From: a virus
Length of the DNA stretch: 64,000 nt
Direction: 5' to 3' (one strand)
UHGV virus genome: UHGV-0039337
The position numbers were made by a program, and so were the translations under genes. Of the stretch, positions 48,524 to 57,974 are shown one piece after another. The notes beneath the pieces are model-generated. The model was given only the letters and a program-made list of their open reading frames with translations, had not been told where the DNA came from and made no database searches. Each line of letters begins with the position of its first letter. Position 1 is the stretch's first letter.

Positions 48524-48914
48524 ATAAGTAATCTATTATACTATCGTAGTATGCTAATATGCTACTTATATTTAGTCTTCCGTCATCTCTTACAAAGTCT
48601 TCTATATGAGTACAAACATATTCTGCATGATATTCAAATACTCTTTTGTTATATGGAAGATTACTTAACTCCCATATCATCATTTTCCTATAACCATTCA
48701 TCCATTGTAAATGATGGATATACTCATGTACAATGGATTGTAATAAGTCATCTAATTGTGCATTTAAGTCTACTACTATTATGTCATTTACTTGATCATA
48801 ATAATGATAGTTTCCAGTACCATTAATGTATTGTACTGGTATGTTGATATTTAATTGTTTTAATTGTTTAAATGTATTCATGCTCAATACCTCCTTAATA
48901 AATATTGTTATCAT
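48489..48914 (-). CDS. putative zinc metallopeptidase (HExxH)
   Basis: IVHEYIHHLQW contains an HExxH motif within a short helical protein. Confidence 0.35.
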   Translation of the reverse strand: MITIFIKEVLSMNTFKQLKQLNINIPVQYINGTGNYHYYDQVNDIIVVDLNAQLDDLLQSIVHEYIHHLQWMNGYRKMMIWELSNLPYNKRVFEYHAEYVCTHIEDFVRDDGRLNISSILAYYDSIIDYLYEDENIQHTNK

Positions 48915-48997
48915 TTAATAATGATGCTAACTTATCTTCTATTTTAGTTTCTTTGTTATAAGCTACAAGACTATGATTGAACACATAGCCTTCATCA

Positions 48998-49189
48998 TTA
49001 TATTTGTAATTTAAATCCTTTACTTTTATTTCTTTCATAACTAACACTCCCTTTTATTTTTTTTATTTGAGTACAGGGGACACTTACATTAACGGTACTC
49101 ATTTTTCTATAGTCTAAGTACCCCGGGGCTATAATTTTAGTCATACTTAAACTATCAATATAAGTAGGTACCTCCATAAAATTTTTCAT
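48998..49189 (-). CDS. hypothetical protein (63 aa)
   Basis: ORF. Confidence 0.35.
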   Translation of the reverse strand: MKNFMEVPTYIDSLSMTKIIAPGYLDYRKMSTVNVSVPCTQIKKIKGSVSYERNKSKGFKLQI

Positions 49190-49208
49190 TTTTTTCTCAT
49201 AATAATGA

Positions 49209-49258
49209 CTTCACATAATATATATTATAACTTTAATAGAGATTAATGACTTCACAAA
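49209..49258 (+). promoter_or_regulatory. two direct copies of TAATGACTTCACA in the divergent region ahead of the rightward morphogenesis operon
   Basis: 49209-49222 and 49243-49256, 34 bp apart; a third GTGACTTCA copy on the other strand at 38531. Confidence 0.3.
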
Positions 49259-49314
49259 TAAGGTACTCGAGTTAAGTAATAATCTATTAGATATAAAATA
49301 AAGGAGGAGATGTT

Positions 49315-49749
49315 ATGGCACTTATACGTGTTAACGATAAAGACGAAAATCTATTAGGAGCATTGTCTTTTGATAGAGAGGCTTCATATGATGAGTATGG
49401 AAAAATAATAGGTATGACTATTAAAGGAATTCTTGCTATACATGATTATGAAGATGAGATAAAAATTATTGAATCAGAACGATACAGATTGGATGATGTG
49501 GAAGTATATAAAGAATCATTTGGTAGCAATGAATATATGATTTTATATTCCTTTACGGCTGGTAAACTTACTATTAAGCCTGATAATGTTGATGATAATA
49601 TTAAATGGTTAATAGAAGAAGATACGATAGCTGAAGAAACAAAAGCTCGTGAATGGTATCATGCTTATCTGCGAAAGGATGCTTACAAAGAAGTAGAAAA
49701 ACTTGCTAATAAATATAAAGCAGAAGAAGGTGATGAAAATGAAAGCTAA
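49315..49749 (+). CDS. hypothetical protein, first gene of the rightward operon
   Basis: AAAGGAGGAG RBS. Confidence 0.55.
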   Translation: MALIRVNDKDENLLGALSFDREASYDEYGKIIGMTIKGILAIHDYEDEIKIIESERYRLDDVEVYKESFGSNEYMILYSFTAGKLTIKPDNVDDNIKWLIEEDTIAEETKAREWYHAYLRKDAYKEVEKLANKYKAEEGDENES

Positions 49750-50470
49750 TGATAAGTCACTTAAAACAGAAGATATTGATGCTGTTAATACTCTTATCGA
49801 AGCTGAAGAAGCACAATTAGCATTAGCTGAAGCTGAGGAACTGCAAAATAAATTAGCATTATTTAAAGAGTCTCAGGACAATCCATGGGGTTATAGTCCA
49901 AAAGGAAAAGTAGCTAAGAGTGCAGCTATGGCTATGCTTTCAACTAAATCAGGACTCTATGCTCGTATTCCGATTACATGCAAAGGAGCTGGTTGTCCAT
50001 ATAGTGAAACATGTGAATTATTAAAAGCCGGACTTGAACCGTATGGAGAAAAATGCGCAATAGAAACAGAACTTATTGATCGTGCATTTGAAGGTTATAA
50101 ATATGATTTTGGTCTTGATGATAATGCCAACTATACTGATTTAAATATTATAAAAAATATAATAACGTGTGATGTAATGTTAGAAAGAGCACAAGCATTA
50201 ATGTCTCAGGAAGGTTCAGCTATATCCGAAACATATGCTGGATCAAATGAGAAAACAGGTGAAGATTTCTATAATAAGGACATATCGAAAGCTCTTGAAC
50301 TTTATGAGAGACATGAAAAACAAAGAAGTAGATTATATGATATGATGCTTGCTACTCGTAAAGCTAAAGCGCAAGCTAAACAAACTAGTGAAAGTAGTAT
50401 TAATGATATGATGATGGCTGCCCTTAATATGGAAATTGAATATGAAGAAAAACCAGATTACATTGAGTAA
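49733..50470 (+). CDS. hypothetical protein with a Cys cluster (CKGAGCPYSETC...C)
   Basis: Start moved to the ATG with GAAGGTG upstream, overlapping the previous gene's stop. Confidence 0.5.
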   Translation: MKMKANDKSLKTEDIDAVNTLIEAEEAQLALAEAEELQNKLALFKESQDNPWGYSPKGKVAKSAAMAMLSTKSGLYARIPITCKGAGCPYSETCELLKAGLEPYGEKCAIETELIDRAFEGYKYDFGLDDNANYTDLNIIKNIITCDVMLERAQALMSQEGSAISETYAGSNEKTGEDFYNKDISKALELYERHEKQRSRLYDMMLATRKAKAQAKQTSESSINDMMMAALNMEIEYEEKPDYIE

Positions 50471-50484
50471 AAGGACGTGATTAT

Positions 50485-51153
50485 ATGGGTGTACTTAATG
50501 GCTTAGCAATGACCGCTAAGAATGTTGGCCAAGATGTAATGAATGGTATGCGTGGAGACGTTAAAAATTTTACTAAGCAATATGGGCAACGTATACTTAA
50601 ATCTAATATGACTGAACAACAGATAAAAGAGTTAGGAACTGAAGGAGCTAGAAATTTTATTAATAGAGAGGCTAAAAAGCAATTAGGCAACGAGTTATTT
50701 GAAAAGATAGCGAATTCTCCAGTTAAAAGAGCTGAAACTAATTTATTAAGAAAAGGAATGCAACCTGATAAAGTAGTTAGTAAAATGAGAGGCGGAGAAT
50801 ATGGTACTGCCATAGAAGATAGAATATTAGGTAAACATTTAGCTAAGGATAGTTTAGGATTTAAAATTGGAGATGCTGTTGGTGGTGGAATACGTGATAC
50901 ATATCGTTCTATGAAATCCGGACACAATTTTAAAACTGCTTTGTCTGCTGGATTTACTCAAAAAGTTGGAGGAGAAGCGATAGATTATGGTAATGGAGTA
51001 ATACAAAAGGTAGGCGGAAAAACACAAATAAGAGCTGGTCGTGTAGCTGGTGCTGCTTTTGGTACTGGTGTTGTAGCTAGAGTAGCAAGTGGCGGAGGTA
51101 TATATAGAGATAGATATGGTAGAATTAATGCTCCAGGTATTCCATTTATATAG
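50485..51153 (+). CDS. Gly-rich protein (possible virion internal protein)
   Basis: AAAGGA RBS; G/K/A-rich. Confidence 0.4.
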   Translation: MGVLNGLAMTAKNVGQDVMNGMRGDVKNFTKQYGQRILKSNMTEQQIKELGTEGARNFINREAKKQLGNELFEKIANSPVKRAETNLLRKGMQPDKVVSKMRGGEYGTAIEDRILGKHLAKDSLGFKIGDAVGGGIRDTYRSMKSGHNFKTALSAGFTQKVGGEAIDYGNGVIQKVGGKTQIRAGRVAGAAFGTGVVARVASGGGIYRDRYGRINAPGIPFI

Positions 51154-51156
51154 GAT

Positions 51157-51876
51157 GTGATTTTATATATGATAGAAAGAATATTTTCTAACGCTACGAA
51201 GTTATTACGTTTAGGTGAAAATATAGCACCAACAATAGCAAGTGGTAAAAATAAAGCAGGAAAGTTTTTAGGTAAAGTAGCTAGTGCAACTACCATTAAT
51301 GGGTTTAAGGGTGCTGCTACTATATTTAATAAAGGAATTGAAAAAGCCATAAAGATGAAAGAAAAGGATTCAGTCAAAAATGCTGCACGTACTGTTGGTA
51401 AGTTTGGAGCATACGCTGCACGAGATGCAGAGACTACTATTTATGGAATAAATAATATAGTTGGTGTAGCTACTGGTGGTGCTGAATTTAAATCATTAAA
51501 TAAAGCTCTTAACAAAGGTCTTAATAGTATACCTGAAAATAAAGCTGGAACATGGATAAAAAATAAAATAGGTCCTAACGGTTTTACAGGACATAGATAC
51601 GGTAAATTATTAAAAGATTCAGATGAAAGTATTATATTAGGTAAAAAAGCTACTGCTTTAGGTGGAAGTTTTATAGTTATTGGTGGTACTATAATATCTG
51701 CTAAAGATGCTGTAGTTGATAAATTACATCAACAACAAGGGACAGTAGTAGGTTCTGCAGGTAATGCTCCAGTTAATAATTATGCTTATCAGGGAGCTAG
51801 TTATGCAGATAATGCAGGAGCTACTGGTGATTTAGTACTTGCTATGCATCGTCAAAGACATGAAGGCATATTATAA
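51157..51876 (+). CDS. Gly-rich protein (possible virion internal protein)
   Basis: RBS AGGATGTGA; compositionally similar to the previous gene. Confidence 0.4.
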   Translation: MILYMIERIFSNATKLLRLGENIAPTIASGKNKAGKFLGKVASATTINGFKGAATIFNKGIEKAIKMKEKDSVKNAARTVGKFGAYAARDAETTIYGINNIVGVATGGAEFKSLNKALNKGLNSIPENKAGTWIKNKIGPNGFTGHRYGKLLKDSDESIILGKKATALGGSFIVIGGTIISAKDAVVDKLHQQQGTVVGSAGNAPVNNYAYQGASYADNAGATGDLVLAMHRQRHEGIL

Positions 51877-51889
51877 AGGAGGTGAGTAA

Positions 51890-54478
51890 ATGGGGCCAAA
51901 AGACATAGGTAAAATACTTAAAAAACTTGGTAAGTCTAAAATAGCAAAAGAAGCAACTAAAGATGTAGCTGAAGAAGGTTTAAAATCTGTTACTGACAAT
52001 CTATTAAAAAAGAACAGTAGAATATTAAATGATATGTCTAATCCTTGGAAGAGTGAAATTATAGATACTGCAGGTGCTTTATCTCATTTATCTAATACTA
52101 AAACTACAAATGAAAAAGTTGAAGATACTATTAAAGAGATATACAGAAGAAAAGGTAATAAAAGCAATTACCCAAAACCTGAAATAACGCCACCTAAAAA
52201 TATATCAGAAGTTATAGACGATTCACAATTATTACTTAATGCTCCAAAAAAAAGAGTATCATCAAAAAAACCAATACATCAGCCAGAATACAATACTATT
52301 GAATTAGGAGAAATGCCTAAGCTTCAACCTCCTTCACAACCAAAACCAAGACAGCCACGTAGACCTCGTAGAGAATACAAATCAGACTTAGGTACTAATA
52401 CCAATCCTATCAACTTATCTGGACCAGTTGAAAAAGATTCGTTAAAACAAACTGATCATAAAAGATATAGAAGAGCTTCAAAAAGTAAAGACATTAAACA
52501 GGTAAGCTCTCTCAATGCTACTTTATCAGATAATGGAACTATACATGCTACATCTTCTTTTAAGAATGGAGAAGCAACTTATACTTCTTCTATAGAGAAA
52601 GCTCCCGGAAAAGATAAAACTTTTCATATGAATGTAGAACGTCAGGGTGAAGGCTATAGAAGTAAATATGGTCTTAATCCTAAGCGTGGTAGTGCTGATA
52701 TAAAAGAAATAAAGAAAATAGCTAATGAAGAATCCTCTCCAAAATGGCTTAAACAATATGCAGATAAGAATATACCAGACGTTAAAACAGAAACGGTTAA
52801 TGATGTAGTAAACGATACAGTAAATGAAAAAATTACAGAACAAAAAGTTCAACCAAATAAGCCAACTGAACCTAAGAAGGTAAACGTGAGTCTAGATGAC
52901 TTCAAAACTGAAGAAGAAATTAATCAGATAGATGATGTTATTAAACAGACTCAGTTAGATAGATTAGAAGAACTTCGTGAAAATGGTGACATATCTCAGA
53001 AAGATTATGAAACAGCAATAGATAACGTTATTAATGACTCTAATATGAATATTGAAGTAGATGAACAGATAATGAATAATGAACCTGAGCCTTTAAGTCC
53101 TAACTCTGGAAATAATAATACGGATAAATCTAAAAAGCAATCGAAAAGAGAACAAAGAAAACAAGAAAACGAAAAGAATAATAAAAAACAGACTAATACT
53201 AAAGAACAACAACTTAAAAATAGAAAACAAATAGATGTTACTGATAGTATTAATACTGAATCTAAAAAAAATGAACAAGATGCTATTGATGAGTTTAGAA
53301 AACAGTTTAATCCAAGACCTGTTGGCGACAATGATAAATTAGCTTATTTCGATAGAGACGGTTATAGTATTACAATGCGTAATGGTGTAGCAGAATCTAT
53401 ATCTGTTGGTGATGACACTTATGAGTATCTATATAATAAAGATGGCCATACCATGTTTAGAAATGTAGCTAATGATGAATTTTTAGAAGATTCTAAAATG
53501 GCACAACAATTTTATGATATAGGTAACCGAGAAAGACGAGATTATTTAAAGAATCTATCCGATAAAGATTGGGAAGACATAACAGGTAACCCTGAAAAGT
53601 TTGGATTCGATAGACATGATGTAGATGAACTTGGTCATGATGCGCATTTATCAAATGAATTTGATGCTTTTAATACTCGTTCTAGTTTAGCTGAAGAAAA
53701 AGCTAAAGATATTCAAAACTTATACGAAAAAGAAAAAGATAATAAAATCAAAAAAGAGTTAGCAGATAAGCGAGATAAGACCAAAATAAAGAGCTTAGAA
53801 GCTCAAAAAGAAGCTAACCGTAGAAAAATTCAATACGAAACAAGACAATCAAAGAAAAAAGCAGGAGAGAAATTTAATAAAGCTTTAGATCTTGATCAAT
53901 TCGAAAAAGGTAGTAAGGAATATTATGAAGCTCTTAAAGCTTCTAAAGGAACGGCTGCTTATGAAGAAGCGCTTAAAAATTTAAAAAGTGATTTAAATAA
54001 AGCAAGCATGATAAAAAATGCAAGAATAAAAAGTGCAGATAAACCATTGGACGGACAAATTAAAGGACTTAGCGGTAAAGGTATGACTCTTGGCAAGGCT
54101 GTTACTATTGGTTTAGCAGCTAAGACAGCAGTAGATAAATATAAAGAATCTAAAGCTGAAGGTAAAAGTACGGGTAGTTCTTTAATACGTGCAGGTGGAG
54201 CGGCTGTAGTTGGTGAAATATTAGGACCAAGTGGTTATGCAGCATTAACTATTGGTCAAGCAGTGCCAAAACTTATTGTTAATGGGGCTGACGCATTATA
54301 TAAAGAAAGTAGAAGAATGAATAGCTTTTCTAACATTACTCCTCTCGGCGGTGTTAGTTTTCAAGATAGTCAAGAATTAGCTACTATGAGACAAAGTGGC
54401 ATGGAATTGGCTAAAATGAGTCAATACAATCTTGAGCAGTCATTAATGGGAGCAGAAGCTAAACATTTACATAGATAA
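51890..54478 (+). CDS. 862-aa K/E-rich low-complexity protein (possible internal/ejection or tape-measure-like protein)
   Basis: AAGGAGGTGAG RBS; long charged low-complexity centre, Gly/Ala-rich C-terminal segment. Confidence 0.4.
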   Translation: MGPKDIGKILKKLGKSKIAKEATKDVAEEGLKSVTDNLLKKNSRILNDMSNPWKSEIIDTAGALSHLSNTKTTNEKVEDTIKEIYRRKGNKSNYPKPEITPPKNISEVIDDSQLLLNAPKKRVSSKKPIHQPEYNTIELGEMPKLQPPSQPKPRQPRRPRREYKSDLGTNTNPINLSGPVEKDSLKQTDHKRYRRASKSKDIKQVSSLNATLSDNGTIHATSSFKNGEATYTSSIEKAPGKDKTFHMNVERQGEGYRSKYGLNPKRGSADIKEIKKIANEESSPKWLKQYADKNIPDVKTETVNDVVNDTVNEKITEQKVQPNKPTEPKKVNVSLDDFKTEEEINQIDDVIKQTQLDRLEELRENGDISQKDYETAIDNVINDSNMNIEVDEQIMNNEPEPLSPNSGNNNTDKSKKQSKREQRKQENEKNNKKQTNTKEQQLKNRKQIDVTDSINTESKKNEQDAIDEFRKQFNPRPVGDNDKLAYFDRDGYSITMRNGVAESISVGDDTYEYLYNKDGHTMFRNVANDEFLEDSKMAQQFYDIGNRERRDYLKNLSDKDWEDITGNPEKFGFDRHDVDELGHDAHLSNEFDAFNTRSSLAEEKAKDIQNLYEKEKDNKIKKELADKRDKTKIKSLEAQKEANRRKIQYETRQSKKKAGEKFNKALDLDQFEKGSKEYYEALKASKGTAAYEEALKNLKSDLNKASMIKNARIKSADKPLDGQIKGLSGKGMTLGKAVTIGLAAKTAVDKYKESKAEGKSTGSSLIRAGGAAVVGEILGPSGYAALTIGQAVPKLIVNGADALYKESRRMNSFSNITPLGGVSFQDSQELATMRQSGMELAKMSQYNLEQSLMGAEAKHLHR

Positions 54479-54503
54479 CATATATAAAATGGAGTGATAT
54501 ATT

Positions 54504-55076
54504 ATGACAAACATAGATATTATAAAAGAATATACACAAAACGGAAAAGAAATACCACAAGATAAATTAGATTATTTAACCAGTAATAAAAGACTTAAAG
54601 GTTACATAGGACCTAGACAGTGTGGAAAAACTTATTTATTGTATCAAGATTTAATAAGTAATGCCTTTACTAATCCAGGTGATTATCTCGTTATAGCTCC
54701 AAACTTTCCAGTACTAAGAATCATTCAACAGCATATTGAAAAATGCCTTAAGGAATTTTTATTAGATTTTGAATATGTTAGTGTGTCACCTAGTCGTACT
54801 ATTAAAAAAATACAAAATGGTTCTACCGTTACATTTATTTCTAATTCTAGCAGAATGGAAGCTGAATATCTTATGCGTGAAAGAAGGAATTATAAAGCTG
54901 TATATATAGATGAGCCCAGAGCTATTAATAGTATATTTAATATGATCGATTTATTAAAATCCAGTATTGCACAAGAATGTGGTTATATATCAGTCTTTGG
55001 TACTATTAATAAAGAATTTGCAGAAGAATTAAAAAGCATAGGCTTTAAATTAATATATAATACAAAGGTAGCATAA
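54504..55076 (+). CDS. small P-loop ATPase translationally coupled to terL (possible small terminase subunit)
   Basis: Walker A GPRQCGKT and Walker B VYIDEP; its TAA overlaps the terL ATG (TAATG); position equivalent to gp16 in T4-like head modules. Confidence 0.4.
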   Translation: MTNIDIIKEYTQNGKEIPQDKLDYLTSNKRLKGYIGPRQCGKTYLLYQDLISNAFTNPGDYLVIAPNFPVLRIIQQHIEKCLKEFLLDFEYVSVSPSRTIKKIQNGSTVTFISNSSRMEAEYLMRERRNYKAVYIDEPRAINSIFNMIDLLKSSIAQECGYISVFGTINKEFAEELKSIGFKLIYNTKVA

Positions 55077-56845
55077 TGAGTTATAATAAAGCAGATCAAG
55101 TTAAGCTCGCTAAAATTATGAAAGACCCGGTAGCATGGGCACAGGCATTTCTTAGAACTTTTAATCCTCAAACTGGAAAAATAGAACCATGGAAAGCTAG
55201 ATGGTATCAGGTAGAAATGTTATCCGATAAAAGCAAAAGACGTGTTTATAGATGTGGACGTCGTACAGGAAAATGTATTCCTGGTTGGGCAGAAGTTATA
55301 GATTATAAAACAGGTGAAAGGGTTACTGCAGAAGAACTATATAAAAGAGGAAGAGCTAATGTAGTTACATTAAATGAAAATTATACAATTGGCAAAAACT
55401 TTACAAATCAAATATGGGATAATGGTGATAAAGAGGTTTATAGAGTTACTACTAAAACAGGTAGATATATAGATGCTACAGGGAATCATCCGTTGTTTAC
55501 AGTTAATGGATGGGTCCAAATTGATGATTTAAAATCTGGTGACAAAATAGGTATACCATCTCATTTAAATTACTGGGGCAATGAAAATATTCCCGATAAT
55601 GAAGTAAAATTATTAGCATATATGATAGGAGATGGAAATTGCACTAGCAATACGATTAGGTTTAGTGCAAACGACAATTATCCGAAAATAAAAAGAGAAA
55701 TGAAATCTATATGTGCATACTATGATTGTCAATTAAAACAATATGAATATAATTCTAATTGCGATTATAATATAGTAAAAATTGATAAAAACATTAATAG
55801 TAAATCTATTAAAAATAATATTAAAGAAGTGTTAATTGATAATGATATTTTCGGAAAGTCAGCAAAAGAAAAAAGAATACCTGATAAAATATTTAGATCC
55901 AATAAAAGGGCAGCGAGTATATTTCTATCTAGATTGTATGCTACAGATGGCTGGGTATCATATAAAACAAAAAATAAATTACAGGCTGAAATAGGATACT
56001 GTACTACAAGTGAGTTATTAGCTAGAGATATACAACACTTACTTCTTAAATTTGGAATAAATTCTTATCTTAAAACAAAAAACGTAAAATATAAAGACTC
56101 TATTAATAGAGCTTATACAGTAACTATTTATGCTAGAGAAGATTTAATTAGATTCATTAATAGTATAGATATATACGGGAAAAAACAAAAGACGAATGAA
56201 TTGTATAAATTATTGGTTAAGTCGAAAAAATCTACAAAACATATACCTAAAGATATATTAATGTTTGTGGAAGAAGAAAGAGTAAAACAGGGACTAAAGA
56301 AAAAAGACTTATGTTTAAACCATAACGATAGAATAAGATACAATAGTGATGTATCAAAAGAAAAGCTATTACATTACGGAAAAGTATTAAAGAATGATGA
56401 TTTAATAGATTTAGCTAATGGTGAAATAATTTATGATGAAATAGTGTCAATAGAATATATAGGAATCTATAAAACATACGATATATCTATTCCAATGACG
56501 TTTAACTTTGTTGTCAATGATTTCATAACGCATAATACTGAGACCATGGTTGTTGAATCATTATTTCATGTATGTACTAAAAGAAACTTTAGGGTACTTA
56601 TAGTAACGCCATATGAAACGCAAGTAAGGCTTGCTTTTATGAGACTTAATGAATTAATTCAGGAATCTCCTGTTGTTAATTCTATGGTAGTAACTAATAC
56701 TAAGAATCCTTATATGATTAAATTAAGTAATGACAGTGCCATATTAGGGTTTACTACTGGAGCGTCTTCAGGTGGTGGAGCAGCCAGTGTCAGAGGTCAA
56801 CGTGCTGACTTAATAGTAATGGACGAAGTCGATTTCGGTACAAGT
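55076..56845 (+). CDS. terL: terminase large subunit, exon 1 (ATPase domain) containing an in-frame intein
   Basis: WKARWYQVEML...RRVYRCGRRTGK / TETMVVESLFHVC... aligns with T4 gp17 (DYQKDML...CNLSRQLGKT TVVAIFLAHFVC); Walker B ADLIVMDEVDF matches gp17 FAMIYIEDCAF. The 3' coordinate is the approximate 5' splice site. Confidence 0.85.
55274..56536 (+). other. intein (421 aa) with a LAGLIDADG homing-endonuclease domain, inserted in the terL Walker A P-loop between GK and T
   Basis: Begins with Cys (CIPGWAEV), has a TxxH-type block B (GNHPLF), LAGLIDADG motifs LAYMIGDGN and LSRLYATDGW, ends ...VVNDFITHN followed by Thr+1; removing it restores GRRTGKT. Confidence 0.8.
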
Positions 56846-57974
56846 GGATTATATATGCATATACTATATTAAAAATATAGTATAGGATGTGATAAATTGG
56901 TTAATAATATTAAGTTTGCAGAACTTTTCGGTTTTATGCTAGGAGATGGCTGGTTATCTTTACATGATAACAGTAAAGGTTCTTTATGTTATAATTGTGG
57001 TTTTTCCGGAGATGAAGAATCATTGCAAAATGTTATTAATGATTTAAAAGCTTTATTTGGGGAAAACATAGGCACTGCCAGAGTTAGAACATACAGTACT
57101 TCTTCAGATAAATATAATATAAAAGGTTCTACAACAGAAGTATCTCTTAATACAAAAATAGCAAAAACATTTTTGCAGTATGGTATGCCAATAGGAAAAA
57201 GAGTAGAACAAGATTACAGCATTCCAGATTGGATTCTAAATGGAGCTTTAGAAATAAAAATAGCTTTTATTTCAGGAATTTATGCAGCAGAAGGATATAC
57301 TCCAAAAATGCAATCAAATAATAAAAGTCCTAGAGTATTGGGTTTTAATATGAGTAAAAGAAAAACTATAGGATGTTCAAATCTTGTAAAACAATTTTCA
57401 AAAATTTTAGACGATATAGGAATTGAATATAACGTAAAAATAGAAGAAGTATTTACCAAAGACTTGAATGAAAAATTTAGATTTGAATTTTGTAATAGTA
57501 CAGAGAACGTTTTTTATATAAGTTCCATATTAAAACTAAATTATTGTATAAAGAAACAGCAAAAAATGTTATTGCTTAATGAATATATAAAATATAAATT
57601 ATCAATTTTAAATAATCCTTTGAGTGAAAAATATAATCCAAATGCTCGAACAAAAAGAAAATGTTCTAATTTAAAAACTTTTGACGAGTATGTGGTTGAC
57701 TTAAAACTCCGTTAAACGGGGAAAGCTTAACTGCTAATCCCGTACCAAGCTTTAATAGTAATATTAAAGTAGCGTCTAACGACTAGAGGTGAGACCGCAT
57801 ATACGGTCAATAAAATCCTCCACGAAAGCGGGGCACTGTCTAATAGTCTTATCGTCCAAAAAATATTCTATTAGATTAAAGATATAGTCTAGCCTGGGTT
57901 GGAAATGACCAACCGATGAAAATGAGGGAAACCTCCAGAGGGTAAGATAAAGAACTTACCGTTAACAACAAGCG
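56846..57974 (+). mobile_element. group I intron (about 1.1 kb) splitting terL; the core lies downstream of the embedded HEG
   Basis: Exon reading frame breaks after DEVDFG and resumes at ...YMSEADFDSV. Intron 3' region contains group I R/S-like elements ...CGACTAGAGG... and ...AAGATATAGTCTAG... (P7 pairing GACTA/TAGTC) and is GC-elevated. Boundaries are approximate. Confidence 0.65.
56897..57715 (+). CDS. LAGLIDADG homing endonuclease encoded within the terL group I intron
   Basis: Two LAGLIDADG motifs (FGFMLGDGWLS and ISGIYAAEGY); TTG start with AGGATGTGA RBS. Confidence 0.75.
   Translation: MVNNIKFAELFGFMLGDGWLSLHDNSKGSLCYNCGFSGDEESLQNVINDLKALFGENIGTARVRTYSTSSDKYNIKGSTTEVSLNTKIAKTFLQYGMPIGKRVEQDYSIPDWILNGALEIKIAFISGIYAAEGYTPKMQSNNKSPRVLGFNMSKRKTIGCSNLVKQFSKILDDIGIEYNVKIEEVFTKDLNEKFRFEFCNSTENVFYISSILKLNYCIKKQQKMLLLNEYIKYKLSILNNPLSEKYNPNARTKRKCSNLKTFDEYVVDLKLR

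Noticed and set aside
50481-53331. Several leftward ORFs (50481..50927, 50985..51377, 52526..52852, 53005..53331, 53093..53278) in the rightward operon
   Set aside because: They are antisense shadows of long rightward genes with strong RBSs; the translations are low-complexity and hydrophobic, typical of AT-rich antisense frames.
54504-55076. Possibility that the 190-aa P-loop ORF is an N-terminal fragment of terL
   Set aside because: terL exon 1 already has its own complete N-terminus and Walker A/B aligned to gp17, so the upstream ORF is a separate coupled gene (small terminase-like), not a split piece.
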